Shown here: positions 22,300 through 33,326 of the stretch, piece after piece
How positions within the stretch are numbered: the first letter of the stretch is position 1
Layout: every line of letters begins with the position of its first letter
From: Cyanidioschyzon merolae
Lineage: Eukaryota
Assembly: GCA_000091205.1 (NCBI GenBank)
Contig: AP006500.2
DNA: 64,000 nt
Strand: one strand, 5' to 3'
Position numbers and translations under genes: made by a program
Notes under the pieces: generated by a model
Database searches by the model: none
The model's input: only the letters and a program-made list of their open reading frames with translations
Told to the model about the DNA's origin: nothing

Positions 22300-22750
22300 A
22301 CACTTTACGTGTATTTGGAAGTTTATCTTATACGCGAGAGGTCCGTCGAGACGAAGCACTCTACCGGACGAGTCCTTCGCGCGCTCCCCGGGTTGGCTGC
22401 TTTCGCGAAACCTGAACATATCGTCTGGAACGCAGTTTTCTTTCTGGCTACGAGTTGGCGGACTGTTTCTGAACTTCGCCACGGTCGCTGTAATCTCCCA
22501 GCTTGTCGTTTCGCGCCGCCTGCAGCCTGTTTGAGCGACCTTCTGAATCCCAGAATGAGGATGAGTTTCGACCCTGCGTCGGGTAAAGCAATTTGGTGCC
22601 GACGCCCCCATGGTATGGCAAAGCCCTTCTGTCCCCGTGCTGCATCCTCACCGGCGCTGTGGGCCTCATTGTGAACGCTCACAGCTGGCTCGACGCACGA
22701 TGGAGCGATTGGAAAGACAGTTATCTTAGAGAAGAATGATATGTACAACC
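22300..22750. repeat. Fragment related to the 1.38-kb direct-repeat family
   Basis: Minus-frame peptide 'MRPTAPVRMQHGDRRALPYHGGVGTK' (22669 downward) parallels 'MTPIAPVRSLHGGRTALPYHTEGVGS' of the DR copies (36972 and 47630 downward). Nucleotide identity is about 75% ('gccgacgcccccatggtatggcaaagcc' versus 'gccgacgccctctgtgtggtacggcaacgcc'). Confidence 0.45.
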
Positions 22751-23059
22751 TGGTGGAAATTTCAGGCTGGGCGATATGATGGACGGTTTCTCGGATGCCG
22801 TGATCAGTCGCGCAGTTAAACCCCTCTGTCAGTGTAAATATTTTGTCGTTTAAAAAATTAGAAAAAAATCACATTCGACGCGCCGCTGTTCGAAGTGATC
22901 AGATAATGAATGCTGTAGCAAAAAGATGGACAGAGTCTGTGCTGTCCTATTTATACAAATCGTCCGTGGAACAAACAATGTTTTACGAGCATGTGGAATA
23001 AATTAGTATCCACTCACAGATGCCTTCCATCCTTTTTAAGCGTCCGACTGCTATCGGCT

Positions 23060-23326
23060 TCAGCTTCTCCAAGCGCATTTCGACTCTGAGAGGTTGCCCC
23101 AAAAATTTGCTCGTGTCAGCCCCTCGGGTACCGTCTTCAGCACCGTACATCTCCTGACATTTATGACAGCGTTCCAGTCTCGATTCACGAACTCCATGCA
23201 TTTCTTGCCGCTGTTTGAACTCACCAGTGCAAGGAGAACTCGCGCGCCTGCCTTTTGTACCATTTGCTGCTTCGTCAGCTCTGGGTGCCTATCTACCACC
23301 GAAGCGCTCCGCTGCCTTTCCGCCAT
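23060..23326 (-). pseudogene. TnpB/Fanzor-like C-terminal remnant (RuvC-III motif), copy 2
   Basis: 'GKKCMEFVNRDWNAVINVRRCTVLKT': a Cys, then the 'RDxNAxINI' motif, which is the hallmark C-terminal catalytic motif of TnpB/Fanzor RuvC-III. It lies directly 3' of the transposase remnant on the same strand. Confidence 0.5.
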
Positions 23327-23470
23327 CTCTACCCTCTGGAGTGTACATCAAAGCTCATCCCTTAGAGTTTTTATTTTTTCTAACTGAATGCACTTCTTTA
23401 TGCCACCAGGAGAGGATCTTTTCCGAAAGAGAAGCATTTGCGGAAGACAGATGAAATGTGCCAGGATATG

Positions 23471-24087
23471 TCACTGTGTGCTGAAAGGTTCAGCGAATCG
23501 CATATTGGAGCGATCATTACCTGTCACAATAGGGAACATTCCTTCGATGGGGTTGAACCAAGGATTATACGGAGGACTGAAAAGCAGTTTTGCCTGGATA
23601 GAATCTGCAAAATCTCGAACACTAGCGGAATGATGAAATATTACGTTGTCCAAAAGAAGATCGTCGCCAGCCTTCATGGAAACGTCTTCAATGATGCGGC
23701 AAAGTGGGTGCTGTTGAATCAGCCTTCTCTACGAGCGAAACTGAGGCCGACAATAGTATCCACTACATCTAGAACAAATGATGATATTCTCGTTCCCTTC
23801 GAGTTCGATCATACGAACAATGGGCACCCTGCTCAGCGAATACCCATACACTTTCCGATCGTTCCGTGAGAAGAAATCTCACAGACTGAAACACATCTAG
23901 GTTCCACTGCTTCATACCGATCGCGACGTTCATGGAACTCTGTAGATGCATTTTCGGTGGAATATGGCCTTGCGTGAACAAGGACTTTCTTGCGACTGTA
24001 TCCCAGTGTTTTCAGTACCACACGAACAAGCTGTTGAGAAAGAGAGACTCCCGTGGTGACTGTGATCGACGCTTTTGCATTCCGCAA
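23471..24087 (-). mobile_element. Frameshifted Tc1/mariner (IS630-like) DDE transposase remnant
   Basis: Three minus-strand ORF pieces. An HTH region 'LSQQLVRVVLKTLGYSRKKVLVHARPY' (23833..24087). A degenerate first-D region (23769..23981). The C-terminal catalytic region 'LLLDNVIFHHSASVRDF...LLFSPPYNPWFNPIEGMF' (23471..23677), matching the Tc1/mariner 'DNA..H....PPYSPDLNPIE' signature. Confidence 0.6.
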
Positions 24088-25289
24088 AAGGTGATCAACG
24101 GGTCGTTTTCTACCACTGACCGCAGGTTCTCTTTTAGAGTATCGGGTTTTGGCGCGGAACGCGTATTATTGTTTCATTCAGAGTTCCTCCACCACCCGAG
24201 TACTGTGGTATGACTAACCTAACGGTGGAATTTGGTCCTGCTACCACTGCCCAGTAAAGAATATGTATCCTACATGCAATCCGTCAAAGATCTATACAGT
24301 ACATCACGTGGTGATGTCGATCTCCTGCAATAGACTGTGACATAGCATTCGATCACACTCAGCGGGGGCCGAACGAAACTGAGTTGAAAGACCATAATGG
24401 GCATCAAAGTCTGCTTAGGTGGAACAAAAACCTTTACGATTTCGTTCAGGAAAACGCAAACGTATTTATAAGGAATCGGTCACCTTGCCCCTCGCGAAGA
24501 CGCACAGAGGGATTGCAGACACAAATCAACGCATTTCTAGGCATAGTGTCTCCGCAGAGCATAGACGCTTCTCGAGGTCAGCTGCGGCACAGCAGCAGCC
24601 GCGCACCCGTGAGCGGAGTCTTCAGGAGCGGGACTAGACAGCGAACCGCACGGCGGAACAGGAAGCAGATTCGTATGCTCAGTTAGTGCCTGCGAGGCAC
24701 AACTGCGTTCGTTTCCAGCTTCGGTCGCCCTCGCAACTCTTTATCTCTGAAACAATCTGTATGTCTCGATATATGCACACCAATGTGTTCGTTTTAATTC
24801 GCCTTTCGATGCTCCTGGCCTTGCGCTCTCGGTTGTACGCTGGCGGCGCGTAAAGCTTCGCATATGTTGCGTATAGATGCCACTGCCGCAGCTCAGGAGC
24901 GGTGCTTGTCGCCCCGGTGCTGATGCAAGAAAACTATCTTCCGTTCCATCTCGACGAGTGGCAACCAAGTTTTCCAGACATTCCCAGTTCTTGGCTGCTT
25001 GGTTCGGATACGTTTTTGGGGATAACTCACACATGTTCTTGTACGTGCCGGCGGTGCCTCTGCGCTCAGAATGGTGGATATTCACCGCCTCCATCTCCTA
25101 CAGGCTTGGATTTCTGTGGGATCTACTTTAACCGCAAGTTTGAGCGCTAGCTCGTCTCGCTGCGAGCCCGCCGCAATCTCATCAGTTCGCGTAGATTCGC
25201 TGTCGCAGCGAGACGTTTATCCGGTTTCGCTTGCAACGGGCTTGCAGTGGTCCCGAAGAGAAGGGTCTTTGCGTTTGCGGTAAGATCGC

Positions 25290-25673
25290 ATGGGTAAAAA
25301 AACCACTAAAACTGCGAACAAAGCAGGTACAGGTTCGAATTCGACCGACTCAAAGCTGAAAACAGCCAACTTTGTGAAGGCTCGACACATTCTCTGCTCT
25401 AAGCAGGGTACCATCCAGGAAGTGTATAAGACGCTCATAGAACGCACAGAGACGCAGCGCTCCGCGTTGCCATCGACTTTCGCCGAGCTCGCATCCAAGT
25501 ATTCTGAGTGTCCGTCTGCCAAACGTGGTGGAGACTTGGGCTGGTTCGACAGGCAGAAGATGGAACCGAAGTTCAGGGAAGTGGCCTTCTCCACTGCTCC
25601 CGGGAACGTCTCGGAGCCTTTTAAAGGTGCGAACGGCTGGCATATTGTCTTCGTTGAAGGCCGCCGGAACTAG
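25290..25673 (+). CDS. Parvulin-type peptidyl-prolyl cis-trans isomerase (Par14/PIN4-like)
   Basis: 127 aa. Basic N-terminal tail 'MGKKTTKTANKAG'. Parvulin core 'KARHILCSKQG...FAELASKYSECPSAKRGGDLGWFDRQKMEPKFREVAF...GWHIVFVEGR'. Confidence 0.8.
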   Translation: MGKKTTKTANKAGTGSNSTDSKLKTANFVKARHILCSKQGTIQEVYKTLIERTETQRSALPSTFAELASKYSECPSAKRGGDLGWFDRQKMEPKFREVAFSTAPGNVSEPFKGANGWHIVFVEGRRN

Positions 25674-25754
25674 CTCAGACCGCTGGGAGTCTGCATACTG
25701 CTTGACCCGCAGACCGGTGCCGTCGACAAGCGTTCAAGTTTTCTTAGGGTACCT

Positions 25755-27146
25755 CTGTACCCTTGCCAGTCTAAAACGGAGCACTGAACTGCTCGCCATG
25801 CTCCTGCATTTCGGTATTTTCCGAACATTTTTTCGATGTGCAGCCTCGACAATCGAAGTGAAGCAATAACGGCGTACGGTTTCATAAGTGGTTTTACGAT
25901 TCTCGCGCGTATTTTGGGAGTGACTCGGTTCACGCCCTGCCGCTGCAATTCGTCACATTTCATCAATCAAAGTGCACCGCGCGGCCCTGGAGCATGCGTT
26001 CGCACGGTAACCGACATCAGTTTGCAAGCCGAACGCCCCAGCGTCCGCTCCTGCCCTCTCCTCCCCTTGCGCGTGTCATGCTCAAACCACGCATTCTCCA
26101 AGTCTTCGATTCTTCCGTTTCGGGGCACCTCGTGGGGGCAGCTATTCGCGCCGATGGATTGACGAGCAAAATACCACACGTAGTCTATTGGCGACTTGTG
26201 CACAAGCTCATGCCGAAAGCTCCCTGCACTCGGCACGTCAAATGAACGATTCCGTTCGATAGACAAACCCTCCTTTCTCTGTAGCTATCAAGGAGACGGC
26301 ATTCGACATCAGCATGGTACCATACACAAAGAATCCACCAGGAAGCTCCAGTTTCTTCCGTTTGCACGGAAGACGGGCGTGAACTCGGGCTTTAGTCATT
26401 GCACGGACCGTTTCCAGTGGGGAACGCATCTCTGTTTCGCGCCACTGGAATATAGACAGATCGAAACCTCTCGACTTGTTCTCCAGCCTGGATTCTCCTT
26501 CCGGTGCGTGTCTCGTCGTGGGCAACATCGTGCCCCGCGAATCCTCTGTCGAATAGCGCAGGATGCGCTTCCGAGTGCGCAGCGGACAGAGTTCTCGCTG
26601 GAAGCATGGCCCAGCGGAAGCCCCAGATCATGGGGTACGGTTCAGTGCGCCGAAGCGGAGGTGGGCGTCCACGCGCGCCTTCTGCACCGGTCAAGGGCAT
26701 GTGCCGAGCGCTGAAGCAAGCCTTCAGGTGCCACAGGGCGGCGCGCGAGCTCGGATGTCTGATGGACATACAGAAATACCTGAACACAGCCAAGTGCCAC
26801 AGCGGCGAAGTGCCTACTGAGCCGTACGGAAAGAGGACGAGAAAAGCGCGCAAAGCGTATATCGCAAATTTCGTACTTGCATGGAATGTGTCGCCAACAA
26901 CCGGTAACAGCTGCATAGGGACATGAACGCTGCCACCAACAGCCTTCGACAATGTGCACTGGAGCTGGTGGGAAAGGGGGGTATGATGCATTTAAAGCCG
27001 GAAGTAAGAGGGAGGACACCGAACCGGTCACCGAAAAAGCCGTGAAAGGCTGGTATTGATGGCAGTGGCAGGAGAGGCCCAACCTGTTTGTGTGCGTGTC
27101 CCCGGATAACACAGTGGACCCGTTCCATTTTAGCCTGACGTAGATG
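25755..27146 (+). repeat. Left arm of a large inverted repeat (~1.39 kb); member of the dispersed repeat superfamily
   Basis: The reverse complement of 29024-30405 matches almost base for base. The ORFs of the two arms mirror each other (25836..26162+ = 29998..30324-; 25967..26266- = 29894..30193+). Boundaries were fixed by direct comparison of the junction sequences. Small indels between arms include 'ccccactggaaacgg' versus 'ccccacggaaacgg'. Confidence 0.85.
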
Positions 27147-27767
27147 TAGCCGGTGAATGATCGCAGGCGATGCACGAAGCACGCGGCGGTAGCGGTAGGA
27201 GTTCTGTGCTGTTCCATATATACGGCGTTGTCATACGTTTGCAGTCCGTTTGTTACGCGGCAAAGAAGGATTAATATTCAACTCAGAGCAGGTCATGGAA
27301 GTCGATTCAATTTTGCCATTCAATGTCAAATTTTGTCATTCATGGACGCTTGCCTCATGTTCTTGGGTGGCTCGACTCGCACTCTCGTCGCTAACGCATC
27401 GGTACGGAGCAGTTCTGAGCTCATCGCGGCACAGCGTTCCGTCGATTTCAGGTAAAGCGCAACTGGGCATACGCTGCAAGTTGAATAGGATATTGGTTTA
27501 CTTGGACCAAATGAAGGGGTCGTTGAGCCCAATAAGTTTATCCAGATGCCCTTCCACATAAAGGAATCGATAAACTTCGGAACTGTGTTTCAGTTATCAG
27601 AAGGACCAAAAAGCGTTCTACAACCATGCAGTCCAAATACCCGCTTACTCACAGACGCCTCCCAGCTTTCTTTTGGCAGGCAACCGAAATTGGAATCCGT
27701 TTTTATCCCAGCGAACTTCGATACCGAGAGACCGCCCCACAAAGTTGGCTCGTGCCGGCTCCTCGAG

Positions 27768-28016
27768 TCAATTCGTCAAAACCACACATCTTCTGATATT
27801 GATGGCGGCTTTGCAATCTTGGCTCACGAACTCCTTGCATATATTGCCTCTGGTTGAACGCAACTTTGCATGTTTCCCTCGAACTTGCACCCTCCGCGCC
27901 ATTACAATCTCGTCATCGTTCCGTCGGGCAAACTCCTCGGCCCGCCTACATCCTTGTTCTTCTTCAATTGCTCTTCTTCGCTCGTTCGGTAGCTGGCGAT
28001 GATGGCCCTCCAGCAT
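27768..28016 (-). pseudogene. TnpB/Fanzor-like C-terminal remnant, copy 3 (in the IR spacer)
   Basis: 'RGNICKEFVSQDCKAAINIRRCVVLTN'. The nucleotide segment 'ctcacgaactccttgcatatattgcctctggttgaacgcaac' is homologous to 23.2k ('ttcacgaactccatgcatttcttgccgctgtttgaactcacc') and 53.85k. Confidence 0.5.
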
Positions 28017-29023
28017 CCCCGACTTCCATATCCATATCTCTCACTAAGACCTTTTTAAAATAAACACACTTCGAACGTATATGCTATAAACCACAAAAGA
28101 TAAGCATTTGATTCCACTCATCTGGGCGTGGAACACAATTGAAGAAAAAGACTACAAGATACAGGCAGCCGTTGCTTTCAGGAATACGGCACGCGTTGGA
28201 GTTTGGATCATGAACCTGGACGCTGGCGGCGGTCGTCGCAGCCGCCGCTGCCGTCTGCGGCCTCAGCGTCAAAGAACGGCTGCATTAAATTATTTTACTC
28301 GAGGGCATCGCCTTCTTCTATACTGCTGAAGCATACAGACGTTATTTCTTTGTTAAGCTTGCGCTTAACGCTCGACACCCAAGCTCGCGATTGTTGTCCA
28401 ATAGCATGGAATCTCTCTCTACTGCACCAAGGGATGAGCGCTTTCCCCACACGAACCAGACGAGGAACTGCTGGGTTCGCTACGTTGAGTGGAAACTGTG
28501 CGAAGAGAAACACGGCGAGGAAGAGTCCGAGTGCAAAAAGTTTGGTCGTTGGGCACGCGCACTTTGCCCAGTAGACTGGATCGAGCGGTGGGATGAACAG
28601 CGAGCAAACGGGACGTTTCCTGGGCCCTCCGGCGAGTCCTCGTGAGCATATGGCGCTGCATATTTCAGTGACTACGGGCTCCGCGGAAGAATTGGAACTT
28701 TCCTAGTACTGCTTTTTCTGACAGATTGAGGCGAAAGGTTCTGGGCGACTTCCTCGACGGAGAAATGTTTTCCACTCGAAAGAATATCATGCATATGGTT
28801 CTACAACCACAAAACAACAGCAGGTCTGTGTCGTATGCGACTTGCGAGTTTTATGGCCTACCTCCTGGTCTCTTGTCATGAACAACGGCGCGCCATGTGA
28901 AAGCATGGAAGCCCATCATCACTTGAGAGAATTTGATTGAAATTCTTTGGACCAGAGGAGAAATATAATCACACTCGGGAAGTGCTTATGGCGATGTTTC
29001 TCTTGTTCGCTAGACATCTACGT

Positions 29024-30405
29024 CAGGCTAAAATGGAACGGGTCCACTGTGTTATCCGGGGACACGCACACAAACAGGTTGGGCCTCTCCTGCCACTGCC
29101 ATCAATACCAGCCTTTCACGGCTTTTTCGGTGACCGGTTCGGTGTCCTCCCTCTTACTTCCGGCTTTAAATGCATCATACCCCCCTTTCCCACCAGCTCC
29201 AGTGCACATTGTCGAAGGCTGTTGGTGGCAGCGTTCATGTCCCTATGCAGCTGTTACCGGTTGTTGGCGACACATTCCATGCAAGTACGAAATTTGCGAT
29301 ATACGCTTTGCGCGCTTTTCTCGTCCTCTTTCCGTACGGCTCAGTAGGCACTTCGCCGCTGTGGCACTTGGCTGTGTTCAGGTATTTCTGTATGTCCATC
29401 AGACATCCGAGCTCGCGCGCCGCCCTGTGGCACCTGAAGGCTTGCTTCAGCGCTCGGCACATGCCCTTGACCGGTGCAGAAGGCGCGCGTGGACGCCCAC
29501 CTCCGCTTCGGCGCACTGAACCGTACCCCATGATCTGGGGCTTCCGCTGGGCCATGCTTCCAGCGAGAACTCTGTCCGCTGCGCACTCGGAAGCGCATCC
29601 TGCGCTATTCGACAGAGGATTCGCGGGGCACGATGTTGCCCACGACGAGACACGCACCGGAAGGAGAATCCAGGCTGGAGAACAAGTCGAGAGGTTTCGA
29701 TCTGTCTATATTCCAGTGGCGCGAAACAGAGATGCGTTCCCCACGGAAACGGTCCGTGCAATGACTAAAGCCCGAGTTCACGCCCGTCTTCCGTGCAAAC
29801 GGAAGAAACTGGAGCTTCCTGGTGGATTCTTTGTGTATGGTACCATGCTGATGTCGAATGCCGTCTCCTTGATAGCTACAGAGAAAGGAGGGTTTGTCTA
29901 TCGAACGGAATCGTTCATTTGACGTGCCGAGTGCAGGGAGCTTTCGGCATGAGCTTGTGCACAAGTCGCCAATAGACTACGTGTGGTATTTTGCTCGTCA
30001 ATCCATCGGCGCGAATAGCTGCCCCCACGAGGTGCCCCGAAACGGAAGAATCGAAGACTTGGAGAATGCGTGGTTTGAGCATGACACGCGCAAGGGGAGG
30101 AGAGGGCAGGAGCGGACGCTGGGGCGTTCGGCTTGCAAACTGATGTCGGTTACCGTGCGAACGCATGCTCCAGGGCCGCGCGGTGCACTTTGATTGATGA
30201 AATGTGACGAATTGCAGCGGCAGGGCGTGAACCGAGTCACTCCCAAAATACGCGCGAGAATCGTAAAACCACTTATGAAACCGTACGCCGTTATTGCTTC
30301 ACTTCGATTGTCGAGGCTGCACATCGAAAAAATGTTCGGAAAATACCGAAATGCAGGAGCATGGCGAGCAGTTCAGTGCTCCGTTTTAGACTGGCAAGGG
30401 TACAG
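29024..30405 (-). repeat. Right arm of the large inverted repeat
   Basis: See the left arm. Terminal junctions are 'acatctacgtcaggctaaaatggaac' (inner) and 'gactggcaagggtacag' (outer). Confidence 0.85.
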
Positions 30406-30643
30406 TTTACAGCATGGAAAAACTTCGCTGTGCGTGGGTATGTGTGTGCATATTTACGTTCATAGATGCATGCGCCCCGCGAAGAGCCCTGTCCTTTACT
30501 CGAGTAATACAATCCATCGGCCTGCGAATCAGACAGTTTTCACGAATCTTGCATCCAGGGATGTGTTTTCTGAGGGACTCATTGAGCAATCTTTCGCAGG
30601 TGCAGCAGTGCGGATGGCTATACGAGCGCACGCATCTACGGTT

Positions 30644-31333
30644 TCACAAGTTCAGGCGCTGCACATCGCCTATTTGAACTTTGCTGGTATCTTTTGGATC
30701 CAGGATAAGTTCGTAAACATCCGCACCGGCTCGGCTTATATCCATGGCGATCATCGATGGGCCTCTATAGGCTAAACTTACAGAGCTTTTGCCCTGTTCC
30801 TCCTCGCTCGCAGGTGGCGATGGCTTCAGGCGCGTTTCGCGCTCTCGCTCGAGGCGCCTCGCCAGCGTAAATGTATTTTCTGGGCCTGCTAGGCAGCCTG
30901 GCAAGATAATAAAACACGTTTTTGATGCAACTGAAACCTGATGAATTCGGGGGCCATACGGGCCCCCCACGATGAGCAGATCGACACCAATGTCAGCTGC
31001 TACAAGTTGAAGCACGCTGGAATTGATGGTGAGTGTTCCATTGGTCTCTTTAGTACTCGAGGCCAGCTGGTACCCATGCAGCATACCGATTGTAACATCA
31101 TCAACACGCATGAGAAGGCGCTCTGGTGCTGCAAAAGAGTCACAATCACCTTGAACAACATGGATCTTTGGCGTGTACGTCGCGAGTGCCTGCAGGGCTG
31201 CAAGAGGTCCGAGGTTTCCGGCGCATAAGATCAAGTCCGGCAAGTTCTGACGCATCCAAGTCAAGAAAGCGTCGTCGAAACCAGCGTTCCCGCGCGAAAT
31301 GTGTGCGTCGCTCAGAACAAGTGCACGGACCAT
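30644..31333 (-). CDS. Vps29 (retromer subunit; calcineurin-like metallophosphoesterase fold) with a C-terminal insertion/extension
   Basis: 'MVRALVLSDAHI', 'ILCAGNLG', 'IHVVQGDCD', 'VTIGMLHGYQL' and 'VDLLIVGGPYGPRIHQ' match human VPS29 'LVLGDLHIP', 'ILCTGNLC', 'VHIVRGDFD', 'IGLIHGHQV' and 'VDILISGHTH'. Confidence 0.75.
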   Translation of the reverse strand: MVRALVLSDAHISRGNAGFDDAFLTWMRQNLPDLILCAGNLGPLAALQALATYTPKIHVVQGDCDSFAAPERLLMRVDDVTIGMLHGYQLASSTKETNGTLTINSSVLQLVAADIGVDLLIVGGPYGPRIHQVSVASKTCFIILPGCLAGPENTFTLARRLERERETRLKPSPPASEEEQGKSSVSLAYRGPSMIAMDISRAGADVYELILDPKDTSKVQIGDVQRLNL

Positions 31334-31907
31334 TTGGTCTTTCGCTCGTTACTCATTTATCGCACGAGTATAAGCGAAAGCTGCTAATCTGTCAGTTCAG
31401 ACCGCTGGCGGCGGCTGAAACTTTTTCCCGGGCAACAGTACGCACGCTCGGGGCTTGCAACAGTTTCTAGAGTCCCCTAGCTTCTGTTCTGAAGCGCGAC
31501 TCCCGACCAGCAGGAGTAGCGCCACCTTCCCGTCAAATATATGAAACGTGATCCGAACCGTCTCAAAGTACAGAGGACTTTTTCGCGCCGTCCACCTGAT
31601 CGAAAACAAGACGCTCCGCGCGTTTCCCACTTGCGCGCCACGCAAGAATCGCACACCATCTGAAACCGGGGCTTGCTTCGGGAGCAGAAACTCCTATGTT
31701 CTCTGATAAACTACAAGTTTCCCGGAAATTTCGAGTATGTATCAGTCCAAAGAATGCTTTTGTCTCATGCTTGTCGCGCACGATCTTGCATTTGCAGACC
31801 AGTCCATCGCTTTCCTTACCGGAAGACTACTCTACATGATGCTGAGGTGCGCGGTTTCCCTATGAGAGATGCTGATACTCTACCATCAGGACACTCTACA
31901 ATATCCA

Positions 31908-32666
31908 TCATAAGAGACTAATCTGTTCCTGCAGAATGTCATCACGCACCATAGAATATGAAACGCAGTGTATTTCTGGCATCGACGCGCTGTCAGCCGC
32001 GGCCTGCTCCGCGGAAACAGAGGCAGCCAGTTGCCCTGGGGAGCCAGCGACAGCCATTACCGTTTCGGAGAAATCTGGTTCCGTTACCATTCTTATTTCC
32101 GTATTGCGACCAGACTGGTGCTTTTCAGTATCAGTGAGTCCACGCAAGCTCTCCGGTATATGCTTCAAAAATGCCTCATGTAGACACGTAGCCAAATTAT
32201 CTAGATAAGCCTTCAAGAATCTTTGCTCATGCATGGAAAGCCGTCCCATCGAGGTTTGCGAGCCTCCTTCGGCCTCCTGCTGGTAGTATGCTGCATGGCG
32301 CTGGAGCTTCCAAAGTCGAACGCGCAAGTAGCTCGCTAGCAAGTAACGAACGCGTTCAAGATCCATACGTTGCAACTGTGCTACCAGCGATCGCCGGAAC
32401 GCAGTTTCCGTATCGCTCTCTTCTCGATCACCACTGGAAGCATACGCCGAGTGCTGTCCGACACGCTGCTCCTGGAACGCGATGACCGCCTCGATATCCT
32501 CGACAAGGCTCGCGCGGAATGGCAACAACTCAGGAGCGCAAACTTCTTCGCAAAACGCCCGTTGCAACGCTGGAATCTGATCGTTTACTTCGCATCGGTG
32601 AGGCATATGGATCAACAGGTCTGTTGCGCACCTTGGTCGAGCACACCGATACGGCCGGAAGCGCAC
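31908..32666 (-). CDS. GINS complex subunit Sld5 (GINS4)-like
   Basis: 252 aa. 'LDLERVRYLLASYLRVRLWKLQRHAAYY' matches the conserved Sld5 motif ('ERVKFLLRSYLRTRLxKIE'). The gene is divergently paired with CDC27. Confidence 0.55.
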   Translation of the reverse strand: MRFRPYRCARPRCATDLLIHMPHRCEVNDQIPALQRAFCEEVCAPELLPFRASLVEDIEAVIAFQEQRVGQHSAYASSGDREESDTETAFRRSLVAQLQRMDLERVRYLLASYLRVRLWKLQRHAAYYQQEAEGGSQTSMGRLSMHEQRFLKAYLDNLATCLHEAFLKHIPESLRGLTDTEKHQSGRNTEIRMVTEPDFSETVMAVAGSPGQLAASVSAEQAAADSASMPEIHCVSYSMVRDDILQEQISLL

Positions 32667-33326
32667 CGAAGAGGACGCAACAGGCGCGACCTTATACTTG
32701 GCGCGCTGCCACCGAGGCGTTCACACCCTCAGTGCGCGTTATCCACGAGGCCACGAACGGGTTTGCAACCTCGAGCGCGATCCCTACAAACGAACGGGAT
32801 CGCTGAACAATAATGCTGGACGCGCCCCCTCTCGAATTCTTCAAGCGCGCTATCGGGTATCGCGCTTCACCATGAACATTCTTTCAAACTATAAAGTCGA
32901 TAAAAAATGGCGGGACGGGTCGCCGACGCGTTTTCGCAATCACCAGCGCCTCGTGCGAGGCTGCAGGCCGCGTTTCGATTTCAGCCCGGCCCCTATCGGT
33001 ACCGTCGCCTTGCAGGGCCTGCCCTGGCATCTCGACAGTAATAGCGACTTGCAGGGGAAGCGCCTCCGACGCCTGCAGAACGGCGGAGTCGGAGCCAGAC
33101 GCGGAAACGTGTCGGCAGTTGTACTGGGAGCTCGAGGCTCAGCTGATTCTCTTACTCTGTTTGTAGGTATTTTGTATTCAGAAACAGGCGCTTTTCAGCG
33201 ACTTGGTTCGAGCGAAAGCCGGGACCCAAGTCGCGGTGTCCCTTTGGCTGGCTTAGGACGGAGTATTGCGCCACTGGGTACTTGACGTACTAGTCGAGTG
33301 ATCCCCGAGAGGCTCGCTGGGCAACC

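Larger units (their letters stand above)
25755..30405. mobile_element. Putative foldback-like or long-TIR DNA element (1.39-kb inverted arms, 1.88-kb spacer) carrying a Fanzor/TnpB-like remnant
   Basis: Inverted arms 25755-27146 and 29024-30405. The spacer contains the TnpB-like fragment at 27768-28016. The element sits exactly between the 3' ends of the convergent parvulin and Vps29 genes. No clear target-site duplication was found. Confidence 0.4.

Noticed and set aside
25331-25345. tRNA T-loop-like 'GGTTCGAATTCGACC'
   Set aside because: It lies inside the parvulin coding sequence (encoding 'GTGSNSTD'). It lacks a cloverleaf-compatible context and an acceptor-stem complement.
26392-29922. 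199-aa and 250-aa ORFs (26392..26991 minus; 29170..29922 plus) and other 100-190-aa ORFs inside the IR arms
   Set aside because: They are mirror images of one another. Their reading frames break at the small indels between arms (e.g. '...RNRDAFPTGNGPCND' versus '...RNRDAFPTETVRAMTK'). They have no recognisable domain. I treat them as non-coding repeat sequence.
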